The notes: a model not told the origin generated them from the letters alone. DNA of 63,795 nucleotides, filler included, from Reticulomyxa filosa (GCA_000512085.1; 14 parts of 14 records of this genome joined end to end with filler, not necessarily neighbours in it), one strand, 5' to 3'. Numbered from the whole stretch's first letter, positions 23,622 to 36,520 are shown. Numbers and translations: made by a program.

Positions 23622-25852
23622 TTTTTAGCCGGCAAAGCAAGGATCGACTCAACCATTAAACTTGACGTATGGACGCTTTTGGATCGAACTAATCCCGGGC
23701 AGCGTGTACATGAGCATAATGGCGCATCACACGCAACGTGAATTTCAGCACATCCCCATAGACAGTGTGATCGGGGCCACGGTAGACTCGTCGATGCAAA
23801 TTTGTCTTGCGCTGCAGTCGTCGTACGAGTCCAACTTGAACAAGAATGGCAAACAGCGACGCGTGTCGTTTGACTTTTATTTCAATCGCGAGTTTTTGCA
23901 AAAAGAAGGGAGCCCCGTGGATGTGGTGCTGAAGATTTACAAAAATTGTAGTCGCCAGTCACATCACTTCAAATGCTTCGATCAGGTGAATCCCACCCAC
24001 GATTACCAAGATCGCGGCAGCAGCAGTCAGGACGAAGAACAAGAACATCCACAACAGCCACCGCAACTGCTTCAACTCCAACATCAACATCAACATCAAC
24101 ATCAACATCAACATCAACATCAATATCAACAGCAACAGCAACATCAATATCAACATCAATATCAACAGCAACATCAATATCAACAGCAACATCAACATTT
24201 GCACTCTTATCAGTCTCAACAGCTTTCTTTCCCGTTTCAGTCGCAACATCAATATCCGCAGCTACAGCTTCCATCGACACAGCGATGTGAAGATGATAAA
24301 GATAAAGAAAAGGAAGGGGGAGAACCCAAACACAAAGTCAAAGAGGAAGAAGAAGAAGAAGAAGACAATGGCAGCGGCAATGACAATGATAACGACGAAG
24401 GGGAAGGCGAGGGTGATGCCAATGCCAATGCCAATGCCAATGCCAATGAACATGAAGCTGATGATGACGAGGAAGCCGAGGACGAAGAGGAGGAAGACAA
24501 TGGCAGTGTGACCAATTGGAACAACGACTTGGCCGATGACGTAAAAGGCAATGGCTACAACAACGAAAACACTGCTCTGTGTTTATACTCGTTTCGAGTT
24601 AACCCAGATTCCTTTATAGACAATACTCATCCCGATGAACGCTTTGGTGCCGCTAAAGCCAATGTCAAAGACAACCACATAGTTTTTTTATTTTTTTATT
24701 TTGACTAGTTGAACATATCGAAAACATAGAGGCAACAAAAAAAATCTGGAGGATAGGAAAAGGGGTTTGCGATTTTTTTTTTTTTTTAAAAAAAAAAAAC
24801 AACAATAATAAAAAAAACGCATAGACACAAAAGAAAGACAAAAACAAAAGCACTCCCAATCAACCAAGTTTTGTTGTGTACAATATTTTTTATTTGCAAA
24901 TTATTTGCATTTTCTTTGTTTTGTAAAATAACCGAAACTCGGAAATAATAATAATTAGAGATGTCAAAGACAAACACGAGAAAGCAACGGAGAACAGACT
25001 CGCCAGATTCTGGGAACCAAACGAGAAAGAGACACAGAAGTAATGACGGACACGTGAGTGAGCACGAGTTGATACCACTATTGATACCGAATGATGTTCC
25101 GCATCCGCTCATGCCTCCTTTGTTTGGCATTCCTAATAATATGAACACCAACGTTATTGGCTTTCCAACCATTTCCAATATCACGCATCCTCATTCTCAT
25201 TCTCATTCTCATTCTCTTTCTCATTCTCTTTCTCATTCTCTTTCTCTTTCTCATCCTCCCTCACATCCTCCACTTCATCCCCCTCTTCCTCCTCCTCCGC
25301 CTCCTCCTCCTCCTCCTCCACCACATTCTCTAATGATGCGTGGATTACTACCGAGAGACATAGGAGGACGGCAAGTGAGAAGTGCAAGCATTGGCACAAG
25401 TGCAGGGACAGGGATAAGGACAAGTGCAACTGAACATCCTTGCGTAGGTATGGATTCCACATTAAGTGCAAATGCAAGTATTGGTGCAGGTGTCACGATA
25501 GAGACAGGAGTTGGGACAAAAGACAAAGTGAAGATGGAGATTGATGACTATGATATGAAAACATCATCACTGCCGCACATGAGCCGAAACTCGATGGTAA
25601 ACTTGAATATCAGTTCGTTGATGGACGACTTTTCATTCAAGCAGAATGAAGATGTTACGATGATTGCAAAAAATGCAAAAGTATCATCATCATCATCATC
25701 AGCGGCGTCATCATCTCCATTTGCTTTTATGCGAGCAATAAACGCCGAGGCATTGAATGCAAGCAACAAGAGTATTTGGCAAAGTAGTGGAAGCGCAAAA
25801 GAGACTGATGTGAACAGTAATGGCAATGAAAAAAAGAATGACAATAATAATG

Positions 25853-25889
<37 letters not shown>

Positions 25890-26648
25890 CAATAATAAAA
25901 ATTCAAGTCTAAGTATTGCTGATATTGAATTGAAACAACTGTGCGATGTCGTAAACGTCCCACATTTGTATGATGAATTAAAAGGAATGGGCTGCAAAGA
26001 GCCCGAAGATGTGCTTCATGTGTTCCAGGACAAAGAAAAAATGCACAAAATATCCAGTCGATGTTGCTGGGGCAAACCAATTGACGAACTGCTTGGAATG
26101 AGCACAATCCTTTGGCACGTGGAAGGCAAATCCAATAACCAACAGCCCTTGCCTGAAACACAGAACAAGTTCGGCAGCCAATCCATGGACGTCACTTTTG
26201 CCAAAGATTTGTCACAATTGCGAAATGCCTTACCCAATTGTCCAAGTGAAAGTAAAATCGAGTTAGACAAAATCGCAAATGAAGAAAAACTAACCGGTGA
26301 AAGTATTGAACAGAAATTTGAGGAAATGTCACGGAAATTGCGACACAAACAATACATTTTCGCAGCAAAACAGTCATGGCAAGGTTTCTTGCAACAATGG
26401 AAAAGTTGGAGTTTGGAACAATTTCAAGCTTATTTGGTCCGCATCAAAAATCAACGCTTCAAAAAATACTTTGACTCGATTGACCACTTTCGACAATTGT
26501 GGTATCAACATCAACCCAAACGCGATTTATTGGCATTTGCTTGGAACATTTAGACAGAGAGAGCTTGGAAGAGTTAGGTGTCAGTGACAAAGAAGATCGC
26601 AAATTATTAATTGATTGTGTTTGCCAATTGAAAAAAGAATATGGTTGA
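23622..26648 (+). CDS. Large low-complexity protein (Gln/His, acidic, poly-Pro and Asn tracts) with C-terminal SAM domain; 5' end lost in the gap
   Basis: ORFs 23662-24708 and 24961-26553 can be linked by GT-AG introns. Adding one T at 26526-26528 gives WKSWSLEQFQAYLVRI...FIGICLEHLDRESLEELGVSDKEDRKLLIDCVCQLKKEYG* (SAM pattern). Confidence 0.7.
24079..24200 (+). repeat. (CAACAT)n / CAA-CAG-CAT-TAT microsatellite encoding a Gln/His/Tyr tract
   Basis: Directly visible; translates QHQHQHQHQHQHQHQYQQQQQHQYQHQYQQQHQYQQQHQH. Confidence 0.9.
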
Positions 26649-27999
26649 AACAGTTGCTAACTCCAACGAAAAGAAAAAAATATATTAAACATTTGTAAAG
26701 TCAATATTAATTATGACATTTTGGTAATTTTTATGTAACTTCCCTTGTAATTTGAGTTTGGCTTTTTTTTTTGTTTCGTTTTGCTTTGCGTTTTTGTTCC
26801 CTGTCCTATGAAAAATTGGATTGTCTGTGCATTTTAATTTTCTTTTCATGAAATTAACGTTTTAAAAATAAACTGTTTTCTTGGTTTTTTTCCACTTAAT
26901 GTTTTCCTCATCGAAAATAAAACTTAAAAAAAAATTTTAAAAAACAGAAATATACAACATGTTGCTAATTAAAAAAAAACATAATTGTAATGTCTGACTA
27001 TACAAGCGCTTAATGATTGGTAACAAGATTTTATGGAGATCTTGATATCTTTTTTTTGTTGAAACTTTACTCATTTTCACGGTCAATTTCTGCATTGCAA
27101 CATTAATTATTTTTTAAATTTGTCTTATAGCAACTCAAAGCACACTAGATTAATTATGACTGCGCATGTGCTACGGATCACACTTAATCATAATTAACAT
27201 GTACTTTATGTATTAGTTTATCTTGCTTCCTCCAGCTAGACCTAATTATTTTTATTATTAAATAATAATCAAATTCATGTAATTTTTTATTGTATAAAAT
27301 TTACTAAATAATATAAAGTGATTTATATATAATTTTATGAATATTTATATTTATCATTTTTTGAAATTAATTCATAAAAATAATTTTTGTCTTTAGTAAA
27401 TATTTGATTATTGCCTTTTATGTATTACAGTGACGCTTTAGTAGTCGGTTCTGCTATCATTATTTTTTAAAATATTAAATTAAAATTTTAGAAAGAAGAA
27501 AATGTTATGTGACATAAATCGATTGAACAAATACATTTGCAATTACAAATTGAACAATAAAGATAAGAACGAACATTATATACGAATGAAAATGAAATAT
27601 ATAAAAGATTGCATATGACAAAATCTTGAAAGATAAATAACAAATCAAATAAAAATTATATTTAAAAACTACATTATTGTATATTTTTCAAAATAAATTT
27701 GATAAAATGTTATTTTTTCATATAGAAAATCAATCTCCATAAAGTGTTATTTTATGTGTAAACTTTCTTTTTTGTTCTGCTTTATGTTTCAGAAAAAATT
27801 AGACATTAAAATGTCAAATATGAAAATTATCTACCTTAATAAAAAATAGATATTTAAATCTAATTTTTTTNNNNNNNNNNNNNNNNNNNNNNNNNNNNNN
27901 NNNNNNNNNNNNNNTTAATTAATTAANNNNNNNNNNNNNNNNNNNNNNNNNNNNNNNNNNNNNNNNNNNNAAAAAAAAAAAAAAGGGGAGGAAACAACG

Positions 28000-28732
28000 T
28001 ATACACAAAGTACGAAAAAATTTGTGCTCCAATGAAACACTCATTGTTAACTATTGCTTTTTTTGGATCAGAGGACGCTTGTCCAGGAGGGGGGGATGAC
28101 CAAGGCTGTTCATTACTTGTGGTCCATCTTTTTGTGGTCCTTGATGACTCGCGCTAAGGTCGACAGACATGTCAATGTCACCGTCGCCATCGCCATCATC
28201 AATGTCGAGCAAGTCATTGATCTTTTGCGTGTCTGCTTTTGTCTCATTTGCCTTTTCGCTTTTTTTTCTTCCTTCAAATTGTTTTCTCTCGGGCTTGCCT
28301 TTGCTGTGGTCTTGTTGCCCACTTGCAGTTCGGCTAAGCTATTAATCAATCCATCGCTATCTCTTTTGTTCTCATTGCTTTTATTGCCACCCTCGTTTGT
28401 GCCTGCCGCACTTGCGCCTGCTCCTGTGCTTGTGCTTGTGTTCTCTTTTTTCGATTCTGCGGGCTTTGCTGTTTTTTCTGCTGGCTTTACTGCGGTTACT
28501 TTGCCCTTTGACACTTCGTTTTCGTCTTCATTTAAATCGTCCAATAATCCACTTCCAACCACTCCGTCCAATAGACCATCTACATTTTCGTCGTCCCCCT
28601 ATGTTTCGAGTTTTTATTGTTGGTCGCAATGTTATTTTGATTGGTAATTCATATTCTTACCAGTACTGCTTCAAGCAATGATCCAACATCAAAGGTGTTT
28701 GGAGCTCCGTCTGTTGGTTTGTTCAAGGCCAT
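28000..28732 (-). CDS. Hypothetical acidic, disordered protein, 5' part (3' end lost in the gap; homopolymer frameshifts)
   Basis: ATG 28732 MALNKPTDGAPNTFDVGSLLEAVL | GTAAG...CATAG | GDDENVDGLLDGVVGSGLLDDLNEDENE... Confidence 0.55.
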
Positions 28733-28950
28733 TATTCGGCAGTTTCATCAACCTGAATTCTCCCAAAAGGAAAAAAAAATTCATATTATATTAAATCAAA
28801 GTTATTTTTGTCAACGACATTTTTCACAAGTACTGCTCAAATGTATTTTCTGTTTTTTTTTTTGGATCAATTTGGTGACTTCTTTTTGCAACAAAAAAAA
28901 CAAATGACGTTGAAGAAAAGCTCAAATCACCCCCCTTTTGCGCGTCTGAA

Positions 28951-29585
28951 ATGTTGCGCGGCCTTCGGTATTCTCGGCACATTTCTCGCTTTGCTTCATT
29001 TCGAAGCTTTGGGACCCAAGCCATCCGAACAACCTTTCAACCAATTTCCAGTCGAATAAAGTATCAACTTTTGTATCGTGACGACGTGACAAGCAGAGAG
29101 ACAAGCGAAAGCGATAGCAGCAGCCAAAAGACAGAAGGCAGCAATCCATTGGAATGTGATCTGTTGGTAGTGCCCATATGGCACGACCCAAGTAATCCAA
29201 TGGACACAAAGACCATGAATAGTGGTGGAAGTGGTTCAACAATAAGCAATCACTTTGTATTTCAGAAATTGGACAGTATGCATAAGCAAATTCTGACGAA
29301 GCAAATGAAAGAGCAGTCATTCGACCCAAAAAAAGGGGGGCAATATGTGATCACGCGAGTGTTTGGGGACGATATGACGTACAACTACCCAAAGAAAATC
29401 GCGTTAGTGGGGATGGGCAAGCATTCACCACGCGACAAACAAAAGAGTCAAAGCAGCAACGCCAACCAGTTGATACCATCGGCGATCGAGCAATCACGAG
29501 TACTGGGGTCCACTATCCAAAAGATTGTCCAAGACTATAAGTCTATTCAATCAGTTCATGTGTGGTTACCTGCTGATGAAAAAAG
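28951..29585 (+). CDS. M17 leucyl aminopeptidase, N-terminal domain with a mitochondrial-type presequence (truncated by the gap)
   Basis: Arg/Ser-rich, acid-free leader MLRGLRYSRHISRFASFRSF; CDLLVVPIW; KKIALVGMGK; IEQSRVLGSTIQKIVQDYKSIQSVHVWLP. The catalytic domain is not in view. Confidence 0.65.
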
Positions 29586-29597
29586 TTACAATCTTAA

Positions 29598-29635
<38 letters not shown>

Positions 29636-31912
29636 ANNNNNNNNNNNNNNNNNNNNNNNNNNNNNNNNNNNNNNNNNNNNTTAATTAATTAANNNNNNNN
29701 NNNNNNNNNNNNNNNNNNNNNNNNNNNNNNNNNNNNTTTACCTTATGTGTGAACTTGAGAAAAGCAATACAGACAATTTTTGCTGTTTCTACCAAGTCCG
29801 AATTAACAGATGCTTAAAGGTAATGGTTTCAAGAAGAAACACAAAATCATTTTGTTTGGAAAAGAATTTGTAATAATGAGCAGCGAACCAAAACAAACGA
29901 AAAGCTGACAAGAAAACAAAACAAAAAAAAAGGGTTCTAAGAACTTTTTTTGACGCCAAAGTGGTAACATTTTTGTTTTTTTCACTCTAGAAATTTTTTT
30001 ATTGGCGAATTTCTGTATTGATGATCTCTTGGAAAAAAATTTAATTAATGAGTAAAACGTGTTGCTCAGAAATGCTTATATAAAATTCAGGTTAAATCTG
30101 CATGACTATCAACAAAAAAAAAACAAATCAAAAGTATAATGACAATAATAATTCATCTATTTAGTGTCATGTAGTTGTGCTTGGATATATATATTTACAT
30201 CTGATTTTATCACATTTTGCACTTAATGATACTTTTCTTTTTGTCTTACTGTTTCTAAATTACTTAAAAAATACATAACTGACTAACTTCTTGCTAAAAG
30301 ACGCTCGTACAAAATTTGAAGCCAAAAAGCGATGATCAACAATAACAAAATTAAAACTTATACAAACTAATAGATAAAAAGAATATCAGAAATTTTCCAA
30401 AAGCAGCAATGTTATTTGAGTGTTTGATAAAGAAAAACAATAACAAGCTATTGTATGGAATAATTCATAATGAAGCAGATGCCAATTTAAAGTTATTTCA
30501 AACTTTGAAGAGATAACTTGAGAGTACAATATAAAATAAATAACTATGACCAAATATAATGCGTTCAAGACTAAAAATGTAGTCAAATATTACACTTTCA
30601 TCACAAAAGCAGAAGTGACAAAAATGGTAAATCCTTATTTATCAGATGAATTAAAAACAATTTTCTTCACATAGTATTCTCCTTTCTGTGCAAGTGATAG
30701 CACTACTTCATGAGAAAAATCTTCCTTGTTTGAGTTTGGTGAATTGTTATGTATTACCTAATTTTTGATATTTTTGCAATTTTGTTACTGGTCTTGCGCT
30801 TAACAAACATTCCTATTTTTAGATTGCATCTGATTTCTTTTTATCACGTAGTTTATGGAACATGAAATTGGATGTCACTTATAATATATTGAAAGACTTT
30901 AGTTTTGCGAAAGAATATCAATTAAAAAAATCCATCAAAAGTAAAATAACAATCTATTTGCTAGTATAGTGGATTGATTTGTATTCAATATTGATATTTT
31001 TGAATAATTGTGCTCATTTAAATTTTGTTTGTAACTGTTTCAATTGAAAAATCAAAATGACGGTGAAATCATTCATTTTGTACTGTATTTAACAAATAAT
31101 ATACAAATATTTCAGAGAGTTTTTTTTGTTGCTTTTTGTAGATCAACTCAAGTAAAAAACGTTATTTGCGATAACTTTTACTTGTGTAATGTGTTACTAT
31201 TTGTCTTCAAAAAAATTCTTCATACATTGAATGTTCCATGAAATATGTTTATTCATTTGCAATCTAATGATTTTAACCAATAAGCAAGCCATTTTAAAAT
31301 ATTGTATATATCAATGCAAAACATACCAAGCAAAGTAGTATATGAACTGTTGCTTCCCTNNNNNNNNNNNNNNNNNNNNNNNNNNNNNNNNNNNNNNNNN
31401 NNNTTAATTAATTAANNNNNNNNNNNNNNNNNNNNNNNNNNNNNNNNNNNNNNNNNNNNAATGACTTTAAAATACTGTCTTTGTTATTCTGTCATGTTCG
31501 TTGTATTCCTGGCTCAGACTGATCAGCAAAAGCGGGTCCGCAATTGTTATGCATGTGATTTTATTCATGTCCAGATTATTTATGCAAAAAGCAGGATCCC
31601 TTTTGTAATAAAGTGATTGTATGAAGTGGGCCTGCATGCCCGAAGAAAAAAATAGAATAATCAGTCTTAAACTAATATAATCATTAAAAAACCAAAAAAA
31701 ATGAACAAAAAGTGATTGATAATTGCAATTTTGAATTATAGTATAGTTGAACTAGCTTTGATATTTGTTTTTGTACTGAAAAATAGTATGAAATAGTTTT
31801 CCCAATAAATAAGTAATTTATTTGTGCTTTTTTTTTTTCATTACATTATTTTTATTTGTTAGTATCAAATATTTAGAATACATAAATAAATTTGATTTAT
31901 TTTATATAAAGT

Positions 31913-32135
31913 TGTGGGACTTGTGAGAAGATTAAGTGTAATACGAAAGGAACTTAGTTCCAAAAGAGTAATTTCAGTAAAAGAAAGTTAATTGAAGAAG
32001 AATAATTACAACGCAAGTAAAGAAAACAAGTAAAACAAGAGGAAAGTGAGTAGTGCTAAGAAGAGTGTTTTAACCCACTTGGGGTCCCACTGTTCCGTTA
32101 GTATTTAAGGAGGTAATGTAGTGACTTTCCCTATA
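31913..32135. mobile_element. Solo-LTR-like element, 223 bp, TSD AAGT
   Basis: Begins TGTGGGAC and ends TTCCCTATA (decayed ...CCTACA). AAGT at 31909-31912 and 32136-32139. Homologous to the 3385-3640 and 1-51 copies. Confidence 0.7.
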
Positions 32136-32472
32136 AAGTAATTATTAAAAAAACTTTCAAACGATAAATTAATTAAATTTTTTATTTTTTATTAAAAATG
32201 ATTTTGTTTGAAAGTTATTAACTTTCATAATATACAGTCTTATTTACGTTCTTTTGTGAATGTTTAACATATAAAATATGATAATAATTTGAGCTGGATG
32301 TGGCTGTATCAAATAATTGTCTTTATCACTTGCGTATTTATTTCATTTTATCCTTTTTCAATTTCATGATTCTATTAATGATCTTCACGAAATTACGGAT
32401 CATTTCAAAATAAATATATAGTTTTACATTAAAATCCAAAATAAAAAACAACATTCAGACCTAATTTTAAAA

Positions 32473-32725
32473 AATATATGCAAATCTTGTAGTTTTTAAA
32501 TATCATTTTGGTTTTTTATTAAATCTTTAATAATTATTTCAACATTTCGTTCTTTATTTTTTTTAGCTAAAATGCTTTGAAAAAAGTTAGCAAATTTCGT
32601 GGTTACGACAAAGTCACGATTGTCAACTTTTTCTTGAAATTTTCAATATTCAAATTTTTTGAACAATTAGTAAATATGTAATAAAAAACCAAATGATATT
32701 TAAAAACTACAAGATTTGTAGATAT
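32473..32725. mobile_element. MITE-like element with ~45-bp terminal inverted repeats
   Basis: CAAATCTTGTAGTTTTTAAATATCATTTTGGTTTTTTATT (32481-32520) is the reverse complement, with one indel, of AATAAAAAACCAAATGATATTTAAAAACTACAAGATTTG (32680-32718). Non-coding interior. Confidence 0.65.
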
Positions 32726-32729
32726 TCGT

Positions 32730-33150
32730 TTTCATGATCATTTCGTTTATATGATGTTGAGACGTCCAAATCATTATATGTTTTAAATGGATATAAAGAC
32801 ATTGCTTGGTGTATTGCTATTTCACCGTTACAAAGCAATAATAACAATAATAAAGTGATAATATTGGCATAATTGGTGGTAATTGATATACTATTTGTTC
32901 TGGATCATATGATAAAACTATTCGTATTTGTGATATTGAAACAAAAAAAAACAATTGACTGTTTTCTAAGAACATGAACGTGGATTGATAAGTATAAGAT
33001 ATGTATCAAATGAATTAAAAAATACATTATTATCTGTACAAGTGATAGAAGTGTTCGTTTGTGGGATATTCGACTAATCAACAAACTCAAATGTTTAATG
33101 GACATACAAATACTGTATGGTCTGTTGAATATGTTCCATTTGTAAATAAA
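32730..33150 (+). pseudogene. WD40-repeat pseudogene of the expanded foraminiferan-type family
   Basis: Disrupted repeats: RLYDVETSKSLYVLNGYKDIAWCIAISPLQSNNNNNK / IGIIGGN*YTICSGSYDKTIRICDIET / DRSVRLWDIR / QMFNGHTNTVWSVEYVPF. Confidence 0.85.
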
Positions 33151-33305
33151 ACATGTTATTAAAAAATTTCTCTGGTAAAAAGAATTTGCACTTTTGAAAG
33201 GCGGCAAAGAAAAATGTTCCTTATATACTCTCTTGAACTGTGACTAAAAAAAAGTTACCATTTTTTCTACTAGTACCCTCTTTTTTGAAAGAAGCCATTG
33301 ACAAG

Positions 33306-34075
33306 ATGTCCTCAAGCCAAGGTATGCAACGACAAATCTAAGAAATAATGTGGAGTAAAGGAGTGAATATTTGTGTACGACTGAACAACAGGTTCACCAG
33401 AAATGAAGACGCTAATGGATATGCTAGCGCAACACCTCTCACAAATGAAAAAGCAGCATTCTATTGTAGAAAGTGCAATGGAAAATGTGAAGGATAAACG
33501 GTTCAAGCGCAGTTGCGCAATGCAAAACAAAAAGCGTTGGTGGAAGAAACGGAGTTGCTAAACTCTCTTGATGTACTTGAATTAGGACGGGTCCTAAAGT
33601 TGGTCGTTACGTATTTCTCTTTGATTTTTGTGTTTCGCTTTTGTATTTTTTTTTTTTTTTGTATTTCTGCAAATTCTTTAAGAGTAAGAGAAAGAAAACA
33701 AAACAACATCAACAATAACAAAATAAAGCTGTTACTCCAAAGGGTATTTGACGAGAATTACGCATCATTAAAAAAAGAACAAGAAAAGGCGCGGGCAGAG
33801 TACGCCCCCGATATTAGTACGTATGAAAAGAAACTGAAGCCATTAACAACAGTTTGACCAACTTGATTGACTGTATGTGCATATATTAATTTTAAAAAAA
33901 ATGTAAAAAAAAAAAAACATAGGCCTTAAATGTGATCTCGGGTCTGTCACGTTTGTACCTGCCAGAGTTTCAAAATTTTATTGGCAAAGTGTGTTCGGAA
34001 TGCAAAAGACAAAACGTGAAAATCGCCAATTCGCCGAAAGCTTCTTGCAAGAGCATTGAAAGGATATTTTACAAA
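33306..34075 (+). CDS. Helical N-terminus followed by the possible start of a RelA/SpoT-like nucleotidyltransferase domain (truncated by the gap)
   Basis: Four spliceable exons (introns include 33606-33728 and ~33852-33922). The last exon reads ALNVISGLSRLYLPEFQNFIGKVCSECKRQNVKIANSPKASCKSIERIFYK. One apparent missing A near 33497. Confidence 0.5.
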
Positions 34076-34279
34076 GTGCGTACTTCATGAGCCCTGCACA
34101 TGACACACTTTTTTTNNNNNNNNNNNNNNNNNNNNNNNNNNNNNNNNNNNNNNNNNNNNTTAATTAATTAANNNNNNNNNNNNNNNNNNNNNNNNNNNNN
34201 NNNNNNNNNNNNNNNTCTGGTATACTGGGATTGTGTCCCCGTTTCCTCCCCCTTTTTTTTTTTTAATGTGGCTAACCAT

Positions 34280-35118
34280 TTTCTTCATAATTATGTCCGC
34301 CATTTGGAAGGATGCATTGCAGCTGAGACTTTTCTGAAGTGAGCCAATGGACGCCAAATGTTGACTGTTTTTGGATATGACGTCTTCAACGTTGGGTAAT
34401 TCGTGCTTGCCAGTTTTCTCGGTTTTCAATTGAGGATCTTTGCTCAGTTTTTTACTTTCACTTTTTATCCATTCCATCAATGGCCCGACCGTATTCAAGT
34501 GGTCACACATTTGTCTTATCATTTCATTCTGATCTTTGTTCTTGAAAACATATTTTACAAAAAAAAAATAAAATTTTATTTCTTTTTTTTGGAAACGTGC
34601 GTACGTATAACTATATGCAAACGAAAGGAAGAACAAATATGTATACATTTATAAATATATATGTACATGTACGTATATGTATACTTACGGCGTGCATCAA
34701 TTTCTCTAGCACGCTCAGTAATTCCTGGGAAGTATTTGTGATGTATACGTTGTTATTGTCTAAGGAAATGTGCAAAAAAAAAAAAAAGGACGCAAGAGGG
34801 GGGGGAGGAGACAAAAGTCTCAACTTTGTAACTTTGCAACAAAGAAATAAGCCATTTTTGCAGAGTGGGAATGTCAGTTGTCATTTCAATATCGTGGATT
34901 GACTGTCGCAACACAATTTGGATTTGATCTGTCTCTGGAAATTCAACAACCGACTTTATAGGAGACAAGCCAACACTACTTGGGGTTGTTGACGCTGTAG
35001 AGGCTGTGCTTTGAGAAATTATACTGGGTGTACGATATGTGTTAGTGAGAGAGCTTCTTGTCTCTTCGGAGCTGCTTTTGACTTTACTCAGTCGGTTAGA
35101 AACTGGATTGGATGGCAT
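34280..35118 (-). CDS. Hypothetical protein, Ser/Thr-rich N-terminus, 5' exons only
   Basis: MPSNPVSNRLSKVKSS...WLISLLQSYK, then exons ...SQELLSVLEKLMHA|NKDQNEMIRQMCDHL...; runs into the gap. Confidence 0.5.
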
Positions 35119-35442
35119 TCTCCCCAAAATTTGGTTAAAAAAAAACAAATTAAATCAGGACTGAGAAACGTCCACGAGATTGTTGCGGTAAGAAGTCGTC
35201 CCGCAAAAAGTAGTTATTATTATTAGTTTTTTTTTTTGACAAAGAGATGATTCCCTGTTTTGGGACGCCAAAGACGGAGAAATGTTCTGTAAATAAAGCC
35301 ATTACAGCAAGCAATAAATTACATTGATTTAAAACAAATTTTCTTGTCTGCCAGTTAAAATTGAACGTTGTCAGAAAAGAAACAGTTTTTTTAAAAAAAT
35401 CTTGGTGCTGGAATAAGCCGTTTCGAACAATAACAAGTGAAA

Positions 35443-36520
35443 ATGACAGCTCCCCTTCCAAATCCAAATGTACCACCTCCTTCAAATGTAGATATCACAA
35501 ATTCGATGTTGACAGAGGTGCCGTCATCTCCCCCAAACGTAACGGCAGCACCACTTCCAACAGTGCTGGTAGCACCATTCCCAGCGTCCCTTCCTAACAC
35601 AGAAATACCTTTGTCAAATGTGGTGACGAAAGAGCAAAAAATGTTCACTCGTATGTACTTGCAGCCCTGGGGCAAGACAACGGCTATAATAGTCTCAAAT
35701 TTCATCAGTGTCGAGTGCGACCTGCCGGAGTTACGCAAACGGCTTCCAAACGACGTACTTTATATAATTGTGGCTTTTCGATTTGGTACTGCGCACAAAA
35801 GTGCGTCTTTCCGTCAACGCTCACTTGCAAGTTATTTGTCAGCATTTCGAGTTGTAAAATACTTGGCTCAACCAAACAAAAAAGACGACAGCGATGAAAA
35901 AGAAAAGGAGAAAAAGAAAAAAAAGGGAACAAATCCAATTATTTCCAAAAAAGAAATATGGAAAATGGTTGAACAAATCAATTCGACTCAACAAATACCA
36001 TCTGTTATGGATGATCCGAATATGAATATTTTGTTTGTTGACAAAAGGACCTTTCGAGTTTGGAATATACATATACATTTATATCCATATAGTTGTATTT
36101 ATAAGCAACTAATCTGACAATAAAATGGACCCACAGGTCATTCCAAATTTAACATATCCATCGACGCTCTCAGAGCTAAAATTGCACTTTGGTGATTTCA
36201 ATATTCAAGTGGATGCCAACGTGCTGGCTGCAATGGCAGGAGATACAAACAAATGGTCAACCATTATGACCCGACAACATTTTTATTTTAATAAAAAGTA
36301 CTATTCTATTATTAACATGTCTGAAGATACCATATTTGCGTCGTGGGGAGAAGAACATATTCTTATTTATCAATTGGAATTTATGTTTATTGTTATCACT
36401 GATCTCACCAGTCGACTTAATCCTGGGCGTCCTACTGGAGCTAAGTACGCATGGACCGCTCACCGCTTTTATACCGAGACTGAAAAAATTGTACAAGAAT
36501 TGAAAAACAGTGGCATTTAA
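35443..36520 (+). CDS. Profilin-like domain protein with a long Pro-rich N-terminal extension; intron 36058-36136
   Basis: The C-terminal exon FYFNKKYYSIINMSEDTIFASWGEEHILIYQLEFMFIVIT...TEKIVQELKNSGI* follows the profilin strand and terminal-helix pattern. Confidence 0.6.
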
